Assembly (NCBI GenBank): GCA_951406725.2
Contig: OX597819.1
Span: forward strand, 84,878,001-84,942,000
Origin: Octopus vulgaris
Lineage: Eukaryota
Length of the DNA stretch: 64,000 nucleotides
Reading direction: 5' to 3'
Shown here in pieces: positions 25,701 through 37,700 of the stretch. Made by a program: the position numbers and the translations under genes. Below the pieces are notes generated by a model. That model saw only the letters and a program-made list of their open reading frames with translations. It was not told where the DNA came from and did no database searches. Numbering within the stretch: position 1 is the first letter of the stretch; each line of letters opens with the position of its first letter.

Positions 25701-28700
25701 TCCAACCCATGTCAGCATGGAAAATGGATGCTAAATGATGACGATGACAAATATTTTATACGCTTAGTCAATCAGGTGATACATGAAGGAGTCATACCCA
25801 ATGACTGTTGTAGCAGCATCATAGTCAACTGCTACAAAGGTAAAGGTGATGCATTAAATATGAATAATTACAGAGATATCAAGTTGTTGGATCAGGTAAT
25901 GAAAGTCATGGAGAGGGTCATAGCCCAACTAATTAGGGAGAGAGTCAGTTTAGACTAGATGCAGTTTGGGTTTGTGCCAGGGAAAAGCACCACTGATGCT
26001 ATATTTCTGATAAGACAGCTGCAGGAGAAATACCTAGCCAAAGATTAACCTCTGTACCTGGCTTTTGTTGTCATGGAGAAAGCCTTTGACAGGGTCTCCT
26101 GATCCCTTATCTGGTGGTCAATGCAGAAACTAGGGATAGATGAGTGGTTAGTGAGAGCTGTACAAGCCATGCACAGAGAGGCTGTCAGTAAGGTGAGGGT
26201 TGGCAACGAGTACAGTGAAGAATTCCGGGTAGGGGTCCACCATGGATCAGTCCTTCGCTCCCTCTATTCATCATAGTCCTCCAGGCAATAACAGAGGAAT
26301 TCAAGACAGGATGCCCCTGGGAGCTCCTCTATGCTGACGACCTTGCTCTAATTGCTGAGTCACTATCAGAACTAGAGGAGAAGTTTCAGGTGTGGAAGCA
26401 AGGATTAGAATTGAAGAGCCTTAGAGTTAACCTAGCTAAAACCAAAGTCTTAATAAGTAGGAAGGCAGACAAACCACAAATCCCTTCAGGTAGATGGTCC
26501 TGCATGATCTGTAGAAAAGGCATAGGTAGAAACTCCATAAGATGTATTCAGTGTAAGCTATGGATACATAAGAGATGCAGCAATATCAAAGGAAGGCTAA
26601 CTGGGAAGATAGTTTTTGTGTGTGGCAAATGCTTGGGAGCAATAAACACTGAAAATGTGCAGAAAGCATCCTCTGTCACATTCCAGGAGGAAAAACTACA
26701 AGTAGTTGATAGCTTCCGTTACCTCGGTGACCAAGTCAGTAGCTAGGGTGGATGCTCTGAGAGTGTAGCTGCTAGAATAAGAATAGCCTGGGCAAAGTTC
26801 AGAGAGCACCTACGTCTGCTAGTGACAAAGGGCCTCTTGCTCAGAGTAAAAGGTAGACTGTATGACCCATGTGTGCAACAGCCATGCTACATGGCAGTGA
26901 AGCATGGGCCATGACTGCTGAGGACATGCGTAAGCTTGCAAGGAATGAAGCTAGTATGCTCTGCTGGATGTGTAACGTCAGTGTGCATGCACAACAGTGT
27001 GTAAGTGCTCTGAGAGAAAAGTTGAACATAAGAAGCATCAAATTTGGTGTGTAAGAGAGACGACTGCTCTGGTGTGGTCATCTGTTGCGTATGGATGAGG
27101 ACAGCTGTGTGAAAAAGTGTCATCCCTAGCAGTAGAGGGAACCTGTGGAAATTTAAAGTTGAATCACCATTTGGTTTTGTATTTAGTCTTTGCTTCAAGC
27201 ATTGTATTCCTATAGGGCCAGAATGCTATTGTTTTCTTCAGAGGGCTTAGCTGATAACAATAACAGACTTCACTCTAAATTCACAATATCTTAGTTAAAA
27301 GTAAGTGGACATTCAGTAGTATAGTAAAACAGATGTATCAAGCAAAATCTGCAATATATGTTATACAATGCAAATGAAATTATTTCTAAAACTTACCATA
27401 TTTCTAGCTTTCTTTGGTGGAGTATGATCCTGGGACTCATGATTTGAAGACTTTATCTCTTCATTACTTTGAAGAACAAGAATTAAAAGTGAGTTTTTAA
27501 AAAAATTTCTGCTGTATTCTTTAAAAAAATTGAATGAAGTTTTATTCTGAGTTTACCATTAAGTTTTTGAATTATAAAGATTCCTTGTATGATAGTTCAA
27601 TTATATCTTTTTATTTTTGCCTTGCTTCCATAGTTTGGGCATATAAAGTGATATTTATTGATGATATTATTTGTTAGTTCTTGTGCTTATTTTGAATGTA
27701 ATTTTACTGTCACATTTTACATCGTAAACATAATTATTTAATTTCTTATCAAAAAAATTTGATCACCAATACAATATATGTTTGATCTATAGTGCTTGAG
27801 GTTATATATATATATATAGAGTGGCGTTAGGAAGGGCATCCAGCCGTAGAAACACTGCCAAATCTGACTGGGCCTGATGAAGCCTTCCGGCTTCACAGAC
27901 CCCAGTTAAACCGTCCAACCCATGCTAGCATGGAAAACGGACGCTTAATGATGATGATGATGATGATGATATATATATATATATATATATATGGATCCCA
28001 AAGATCTCAGCAATTAACTTTCTGGCACCTCCACACACACATAGATATAATATACATATATAAATATAGTGATAGTGAAAATTAATAAAATAAAATTTTT
28101 TCGTATGAAGTGGCGAATTCTTATTTTGAACAATTTGATGAAAAATAACGATGGCTTAAATGAAAGTCTCTAGAAAATGATATCATGTCATACATAGTAA
28201 AGTAAATATAAATGCATGTGAAATATATCTTCTCTGGACACCAGGTCGTGTTTCATTCACTTGCAGCGGTAAAATAACTTGTGTTGCAGAAATATGGACT
28301 TCCTTTAAGGCTTGCTTTTTTTGCTATCCACAGATAGCAAAACAGGAAACCTTAATAAAAAAATTACTGCTTATATATGAAATTGGTGAAATTTACTGAT
28401 TAACATCAGAAAGTAATGGAAGAAGCTGAAAATACTGCAAAAAGTCTTATGGTCTCTGTTTGTGAAACAGTTTTAGTTCAAATAACTAATTAATATGAAA
28501 AACTTTTAAATATTCTTATAGATATCAACATCACAGTAACAACAAAATAAGTATATTTGGCAAGTGTAATGAAAGTGTTATATAGTATAAAGCTTTTTAA
28601 CAGAGATTTTGGTAAACATGAGATGAACGTGGCCGTTGCCAGCATCGCCCCGACTGGCCTCCGTGCCGGTGGCACGTAAAAAGCACCATCCGATTGTGGC

Positions 28701-29391
28701 CGTTGCCAGCCTTGTCTGGCACCTGTGCAGGTGGCACGTAAAAAGCACCCACTACACTCACGGAGTGGTTGGCGTTAGGAAGGGCATCCAGCTGTAGAAA
28801 CACTGCCAGATCAGACTGGGCCTGGTGCAGCCTACTGGCTCCCCAGACCCCAGTTGAACTGTCCAACCCATGCTAGCATGGAAAACGGACGTTAAACGAT
28901 AATGATGATGAGATGAATATCCAGAATGATGTATATAATATATAGAATGATAGAATGAAATATATGAGACATTGGAGCTCGATACAGTTCGAGGATACTG
29001 TTAAACTTTCCAACCAGTGGACATTGTTGATGATGATATGATTGCTAAAATGAAGTGACAATTGAAAATAAAATCATATCAAAGTAAATATAGCCTTCTC
29101 ATCATTTAACATCTACTTTTCCATATCTGGCATGGGTCAGATGTCCTTTCTGTTATCATACCTTCCAAGCAAGGTAATATTTCCCATAGCCAGACATATT
29201 TTTCATGGAAGATTGAAAATGTGTGACATGTTTGTTTACAACCATCATGTGATGTCAAGACAAGAGTGTACACAAAGACACACGGACTTCTTTCAGTTTC
29301 TGTGTATCAAATCCACTCACAAGGCTTTGGTCAGCCTGGGGCTTTAGTAGAAGACACTTGCCCAAGGTGCCATTTCTATTCATTATTTCAA

Positions 29392-29445
<54 letters not shown>

Positions 29446-31339
29446 CTCAAGTACTCTAGATCAAACATACATTTTGTTTGGTATATATGTGATCAAATTT
29501 TTTTTTAAAAATGGAATTAAATAAGTGTTTAAAATTTAAAATGTGACAGTGCCATTAGATCCAAAGTAGGGGATCAACAGAGTTCAATAAATATGAGAAC
29601 TAACAACAAATAATATGAAAATAAATACCACTTTGTGTGCTTAACCCATAGAAATAAGACATAATTGAACTATAATACTAGAAATGTTTAACCAAAGCCA
29701 TATGGTCGGGAAGCAAGCTCTTTTGTCACGCACCCATGCCTGCAACTATAATATACAAATATTAAATGTCTTCTCTTGTTGCAAGCTCGTCTTTCTATCA
29801 CCTGTAGCAGTAAAATAACTGGCATGGTGTGCTGTGTATGTGTATTCTAAAAATTCATTGAAAATCAGGTACATCTCTAAAATATATAGATGATGATTGC
29901 CTCATCTTGTCAGATGATAGTCTTACATTCAGCCTCATTGTTTTGATTTACTTTCATCCCTGCATGTGTGTGGTTATTAATTTTCTGTTGCCACACATCC
30001 ATTTGTCATAAGACTATGAAATACAAAATGGATCAAGAGATATGATGATAAAGAGACACATCTGTTTGTCATTGGATTTAAGTGACAAAAGCTTGTACAA
30101 CACTTTTGCTACCGTCCATCACCATAGTATGTTCAAGTGATAAGCATTGCAAGGTACTTTTTTGACTGCATGTTCTATGTTGGAGTATCTTTCTCCTAGA
30201 AGAACTGCCTTCCTCATGGCTTTATCAAAAATAATGGGAGCCTCCTAACTGCATCCGGTGGTAAGGCGGCGAGCTGGCAGAAATGTTAGCATGCCGGACG
30301 AAATGCGTAGCTGTATTTCGTCTGTTGTTATGTTGTGAGTTCAAATTCCGCCGAGGTCGACTTTGCCTTTCATCCGTTAAGGTGGCAAGCTGGCAGAAAC
30401 GTTAGTGCGCCGGGTGAAATGCTTTGTGGTATTTCTTCTGCTGTTATGTTCTGAGTTCAAATTCCGCCGAGGTTGACTTTGCCTTTCATCCTTTCGGGGT
30501 CGATTAAATAAGTACCAGTTACACACTGGGGTCGATATAATCGACTTGATCCGTCTGTCTGTCCTTGTTTGTCCTCTCTGTGTTTAGCCCCTTGTGGGTA
30601 GTAAAGAAATAGGTAAGGCTCCAGTTCAGGAGTTGTTGGGAGCATGGAGTCACTCCCTAATTAAATGTCAGGGTCCTATCTGTGGATTAACAGATTTCCC
30701 AAGGATATATATATATATATCTCATACACACACATACACATATATTCAGGTGCAGGCTTGGTTGAGAAGTACAGGGATTGCTGTGTGATTAAGAAGTTTG
30801 CTTTGCACTCACATGGCTTTTAGTTCAGCCCCATGGCATTTTAGGCTATAATCCTAGGTTGATGAATGCCTTAAGTGTAAATTTGGTAGAAAGAAACAGT
30901 AGGAAACCTAATTTATATATGTGTCTGTGCTTACACGAATATGTGTGAATGTTGACATTCTACAGCTTTGCTTGAACAGAATATGTTTACATTCCTTGTC
31001 GACATTGTGCCTGGTTGCTCTGTGTTTTCAAAGACTTGTTAAATATAAAACTCCTTTACTTGCAAAAACAGTAAGGGTTGGAAACCAAAAGAATATTAGG
31101 CCATAAAGTCCTACCTGAAATATATCCTCTGTCAAATAAATGCTGGCATGGAAATATGGATGTTAAAACAAACACAATTCTCTGCACAACCCATGCAAGC
31201 ATGGAAAAATCAACATTAAATCAACAAATATCATCATTTAACATTCATGTTCCATGCTGGCACGGGTTATATTTATTTTATACATTTTTAAGAAAAGTTG
31301 AATTGGAAAATAACTAAAATAATATTCAATGATTTTATC

Positions 31340-31391
<52 letters not shown>

Positions 31392-31678
31392 TACATATGT
31401 ATTTATCACTGAAGAGGGGAAAATTCTTATGAATTAACCCCGAAATTAGGACCAATACGGTAATAACGGATTTTTTAGAAATTTCTATCGGTTTGTTTCG
31501 AGACGCATAAATTATAATGGTTATTGATAATTTTGTCTTTTTTTCGGCATATTTGGCATTAGAATTATTCTTTTGCCCTTATTCTGTAAGTTATTTATAA
31601 ATTTAACCTTTAAAGGTATTTTTGATATGCTGGCCATTGATAAAATTTTTTTTGAAAAAAATTCTATCTTACATTAGT

Positions 31679-31715
<37 letters not shown>

Positions 31716-34700
31716 TAAACTTCTTTTTCACAATATATAGTGTGGTTTTGTTGAAAACCGACACCTTCCAATTGTCCGTGTGGATCCAGATGGGAGATGT
31801 GCTGCAATGTTGATTTATGGTAGACACCTTACAATTTTACCATTTCGTCATGATGTCAGTTTGGAAGAAGGAGATACTACATTAGGCTGGTAAGTAAATT
31901 TCTATGATATTTTGATTGATTTTCTTCTAAATTTTATCTTTTTCATTTGTTGTTAGATTTATAGAAATATTCTCTGTTTTTTCTTAATTTAAATTTACCT
32001 TTTTTCCTTCCGCTCCAAATTACCTTACATTAGATGGCTATTCAAATTATATGGAGCAGTTGGTATTTTTTTCTTCTAATTAATACTTGAATTATTTCTT
32101 TAATGATAGCCACTAAGTTTGCTAAGTTGAGTGAAGTAAATGTTTTTATTATAGGTCTAAGCTATGATTGATTGTGCATTACTCCAGTTGTACCACACAC
32201 ACAGAGTAAGGAACATTCTTTTACATACAACAATGATTTTACCCCAGTGGATAAATCAGCTTCTTGGTTTGCATGACATTATAATCTTTCAGTATTACTA
32301 TGTCAGTAATTAAAACACTCTTGTTTTGGTCGTAGACAATAGCTGAATGTTAGATTTTGTATTCTGTTATTTGATGGCAGGTCTGCAGGCTGAAGATCCT
32401 TGTAATCTTTGCTTCTTTATTTTTAAAGTTATATGGATACTACTTATTACAGGGTTAGTGTTTGGCCCCCTGATAGAGTATAGTGAATTGTTTCTGAAGA
32501 TTTGTCATGTTGGTTATATTTATTCATCATCATCATCATTTAATGCCTGTTGTCCATGGGTTGGACGGTTTGATCCTGCTGGCAAGCTGGAAGGCACCAG
32601 ACTCTAGTCTAATCTAGCATGGTTTCTATGGCTGGATGCCCTTCGTAATGCCAACCACTCAGAGAGTGTAATGGGTGCTTTTTACATGCCATTTGCATGA
32701 CACCAGTTTTTTCTATGACTACAATTTCACTTTGCTTTCTTCTCAAGCACGGTATAATGCCAGGGGTCTCAATCATTTGTCATTCCCCCCATGAGGCGCA
32801 ACATATTGGACAGGTGCTTTTTACATGACACCTTACCTCCGTGAGGCCTTGGACAAAGCATCTATAAAATGCTGGCAGCATTAATAATTGCTATTTAAGA
32901 CTCTCAAAAATAATCTGCCTACTTTCCTTCATGAAAGGTATGGTTGTTGGATGTCTGATACATGTTACAGTGTGATCATCATCATCATCACTTAATGTCC
33001 GCTTTATATGCTGGCAGTGGTTGGACAATTTGACAGGAGAAGACGGCTTTGGCATGGTTTCTACAGCTGTGTATACTTCCTAATGCCAACCACTTTATAG
33101 AGTGTACTGGGTGCCTTTTATGTGGAACCAGCAGCAGTGAGGTCGCTAAGTAGTTTGCAAGACGAGACCCCCTCAACTGAGTGGGGTGGCTTTGTGTTAG
33201 GTGAGGAAAAGTTAGAATATGTTAGAGGAGCAGAAACAAGTATCTTGCGGTGGAAGAGATACATGGCTACCCCAGTTAGGAAAAAAGAGAGGAGAGAGGG
33301 AGAGATGGTAAAACTGTGTCAGAGCATGCCCTCTAATGATAGGAAAGTGTATATGAGGGTGGGCTGGAAAGTTCATAGGCTGACCGTGATGCAATGATTG
33401 AACTTGACCAAATGTGTTTTATTTTTCAGCATGAGGAATAGTAGGAGTGTCATTGAATAGTGAGAGAGGGGAGGGGGTCAAAGTGTGACACACTGACACA
33501 TAGAAATTCGTTTTGGCATTTATTATTATAGATGATGTTTTTAAATTTATTTTCAGCAGGTTTCTTATCTCCTGATCTATTACGTGTGTTCTGTTATATT
33601 TTGACTCGTTATTTCTAACTTAATGCACTTGCTTGGACTGTTGGTATGTTGATGGCAATGTTAACGAGCTTTTGCCATTCAAATGTACTTTCAGAAGATG
33701 TTTAAATCATTTAAAGTACTCATTCCTTTTAGTTTTTTCTCTGTCAGGATTTGCTTTAATCCGTTAGAACCTATATAACACAACTGACATCATATACACT
33801 TATTCACAAATCTAAAATAATTCAAAACCTGTTAAATATCCAAACTTGTATTAACTCTTTAGCATTCAGTTTATCAAATGTGAATGCTTATTTATTCACT
33901 GTTTTGAATTAATCATACATTATCTCATTAGTTCAAAATTTCAATGATGTGATTGTTTATTTTTAGGATGATGTTGTAGAGTAGGTGTGAGAGGCCAGAT
34001 CTGTTTAGTTTCAGCATAAAATAGGCAGAATATTTGGGCTGGATATGGCTAGTTTAAATGCTAAAAGGTTAATTCTCTGGCCTTTTTTCCTCTAGATTAA
34101 TAAATAATGATGATTAAAAACGAAAAGACTTAAAGATCTAATTGCTATTACTTAAATAAGATATTTTCTGTTTCAGTAAACCACCAATACTTTCATCATA
34201 TTTAATTGATCTTCGCTCCATGGATGAGAAAATTACTAATGTTTTAGACATTCAGTTTCTGCATGGTTATTATGAACCAACAATTTTCATCTTGTATGAA
34301 CCTCTGCAAACTTGGTCAGGGTAAGTGTGATAGAGTTTAACTTTAAAAGCAAGCTTGTTTTTCTGTTTGAATGAAATGGAAACAGATATTTGAATTTGTT
34401 TGTATTGTTTCATATTTTATTGTTAATTATAATAAAAAAAAAGACCCCCAGCTAAACCCAACATGTTTTAGTTGGTTTTTTTTCTTCAATAGAAAATATA
34501 AATGATATCTAAGGAAAAATAAAATATCAACTTGTGAGTGCTTCATATCAATTGTTTAATTGTTGGCCCCACCATGATTTGAATTTACAAAAGCGAGTTT
34601 CTAAAATCCATCTCCTCCTCCTCCTCTTTTATGTTTGCCATTATTAGCGTGATCATTATATATTCCCATGATTGCTGTCAGTATCATCATCATTGTTCTT

Positions 34701-37700
34701 GTTTCTACCACCACCAGTACCACTGTCACTGCAGCTGTTGCCTCCATTAAATGGCTACATTTATACAAACATTCACAGCCATTTGTTTCACAAAACATTG
34801 GCGATCATCATCATACATAGGTTGCATGGTTTGACAGGATCCAATGGGCTCAAGGAGTTCAAGGACTGCATCATTTTCTTTGGCATGAATTCTATAGTTG
34901 GATAGGAAGTGTATCTGACATTACAGTGTATACAAGTTGCTTTGTTTGTGACACTGATACTAGTAAGGTTGCCATATAGCTTGCAAGACCATGAGCCCCA
35001 AATGAGCAGCTTTATTCTAAAACACAAGGAGTAAAAGCATAAGAGAAAGGGCCAAAGAGAACAGTTTTCTTGTGGAAAAACTACATCACTATTTACATTG
35101 GTAATTGACTTAAAGTGGGCTTCTTTCATAATGAGGCACTAGTGCAATAATTGAAAATTTGTCACTTTTTCAGTTTCAGTTGGTTATCCTAGAACAGGAA
35201 ATCATTTTTCAGAAACTATTTCCTATCAACTTATCAAATATTGTGAATTAATATATCTTTTTAGGCGGACAGCTGTACGGACAGATACTTGCAGCATTGT
35301 GGCTATTTCTTTAAATATCCAACAGAAAGTTCATCCTGTTATATGGTCATTAACAAACTTACCGTTTGACTGTTTCTGTGCTTTACCAATTCCTAAACCC
35401 ATAGGTAAGTGTTCACTATAGTTTCTTTGGTACTTTACAGTTATCAGTAGCCAATTTTTTGTTTACTAAAGGATTAGTAAATAAGCTATTAAATAATAAC
35501 CTTTTTCCTTCTCCATGGAGTAGTGATAGCTATTCCGAAAGTTTGTCAATCAGCTATTAAATCTGTCTCATGAGTGTAATAGTTTATTTACTAATCCTTT
35601 TGTAAATTAAGAATTGGCTTTCAATAAAAAGAAAGTACCATTTTTCATTTTAATAATTTAGAAAATTAAAATATAATTTTTACTATCATGTATCATATTA
35701 GTTATACTTGTATCCGTTTATTATAGTGGCTGTGCTGTTGCCACGTAAAAAGCACCCAGTATACTCTGTCAAGTGATTGGCATTAGGAAGGGCATCCAGC
35801 TATAGAAACCATACCAAAACAGATAATGGAGCTTGGTGTAGCTCTCTGGCTTACCAACTGTTAAATTGTCCAACCCATGCAAACATGGAAAACAAATGTT
35901 AAATGATGTTGATGATAATGATGCCTACCAGAGATTTTTATGTATAGAAAAAAATTGCTGTTTGTTATGATGCCATAAGTGCTTGAAGTTGGCTCTCTTA
36001 ACTGAACAATTAGTATGGAAAAAGAAAGCACCAGTCTGAAAAGATAGTTTCTCTTGTGTTGGTGTTACACAGTAAATAAAACAGACCTGCTTTCTTTAAA
36101 GTGGCTCAAACCAGAATGAGGCAGGAGAAAATACCCAAAATAGGAAGAGTTCTTGATGTGTTTAGTCTTATCTTTTTGCATTTTGAATACAAATATTGCC
36201 ATGGTCAACTTTGTTTTACATTCTTCTAGAGCTGATAATTTAGCACCAGCCGATGTGCTGGCATTGATCTTCACCTCTCCCCTGCGTTAATTTGTGGACC
36301 TTATGCTTATGGTAGAAAAGATTGTTATTGTCATGCTTGAGGATTAGTAGAATTGGTAGTGTTTTGGATAAAATGCCTTGCAAGATTTTGGGGTTGCTTT
36401 GAATTCTGAGTTTGAATCCCACTTCAGTTACTTTTTTTGCCTTTCACCCTTCAAGATCTAATAAAATATATACCAGTCATCTACTGGAATCAGTTTAATT
36501 GACTATTCCGTCTGTCATAATTTATGGTTTGTGCCTATGTTAAAAGCTATTAATATGTTGGTGGAGTGGCAGAAACAGTAATTTGGTATTTCATCCAGTA
36601 TATTTTAACCCTTTTGATACCAACTTGCCTGAAATTGCCTCTGGTTCTATGATACAAAATCACTCATTTAAACAGTCCTTATCTATATTTAAAATCTTGC
36701 TTCATAATTTTATATAAGTACCTTTTAGATTCTAAACAACATCCATCCATTTTTGGTGCCCACTATTTCTGGGAAGTTACTTAGTAACCCTGCCAGTGCG
36801 GGTGCCATGTAAAAAGCATCCAGTCTATACTGTAAAGTGGTTGGCATTTGGAAGGACATCCATCTGTAAAAACCATAATAAAACTAACCTTGCCTGTAAA
36901 AATCATGCCAAAACTAACCTCACCTGTAAAAACCATGCCAAAACTGATCTCAGTCCACTCTGTTGGGTGGTTGGTGTGAGGAAGGGCAACCAACTGTAAA
37001 ACCATACCAAAACAGACTCAGAAGTCTTCTGCCTGGCCGGCTCCTGTCAAACTGTCCATCGTATGCCAGCATGGAAGGTGAACGTTAAACGATGACGATG
37101 ATGACATCATAGGGGTAGAGACTACAGCCATCTCCTCCATAGATTCCTATCAGAAGTGACTGTCGTTATGCTTTCCTGCTGCATTTCTTAGTGTGATGAA
37201 CTGAGTCTATGGATATTATCCATCTTGCTTGTGGTGTACCTGTAGGTCTCCTGTTGGTTGTCTCGGTTTGAGGAATCTGTCTTGTGATCCTCTGACCACA
37301 TGTCATACTGGAGTTGTGATCTCTCAATGCAGAGAAGTAACAGCTTGATCTGGAAAGACATCCTGATCTCTGAGCTGTGTACCCTGTTGTGCAATGTTGC
37401 TAAATATCATCATTATCGTCATTTAACACCTGTTTTCCATACTGGCATGGGTTGAATAGCTTGACAGGAACTGGCAAGACCAAGGGCTGCACCAGGTTCC
37501 ATAGTCTGTTTTGGTTTGCTTTTTACAGCTATGTGCCCTTCCTAACACCACTCACTTTATAGGGTGTTTTTTATGTGGTACCAACACCAGTGTTTATAAT
37601 GTAACACCAGCATTCACACCGATGCTTTTTTTACACCACACGTTGGTTTTAGGATATCAGTTATGTTGTGGTGGGTGGGTCTTCTTGAGTACTAAATACT

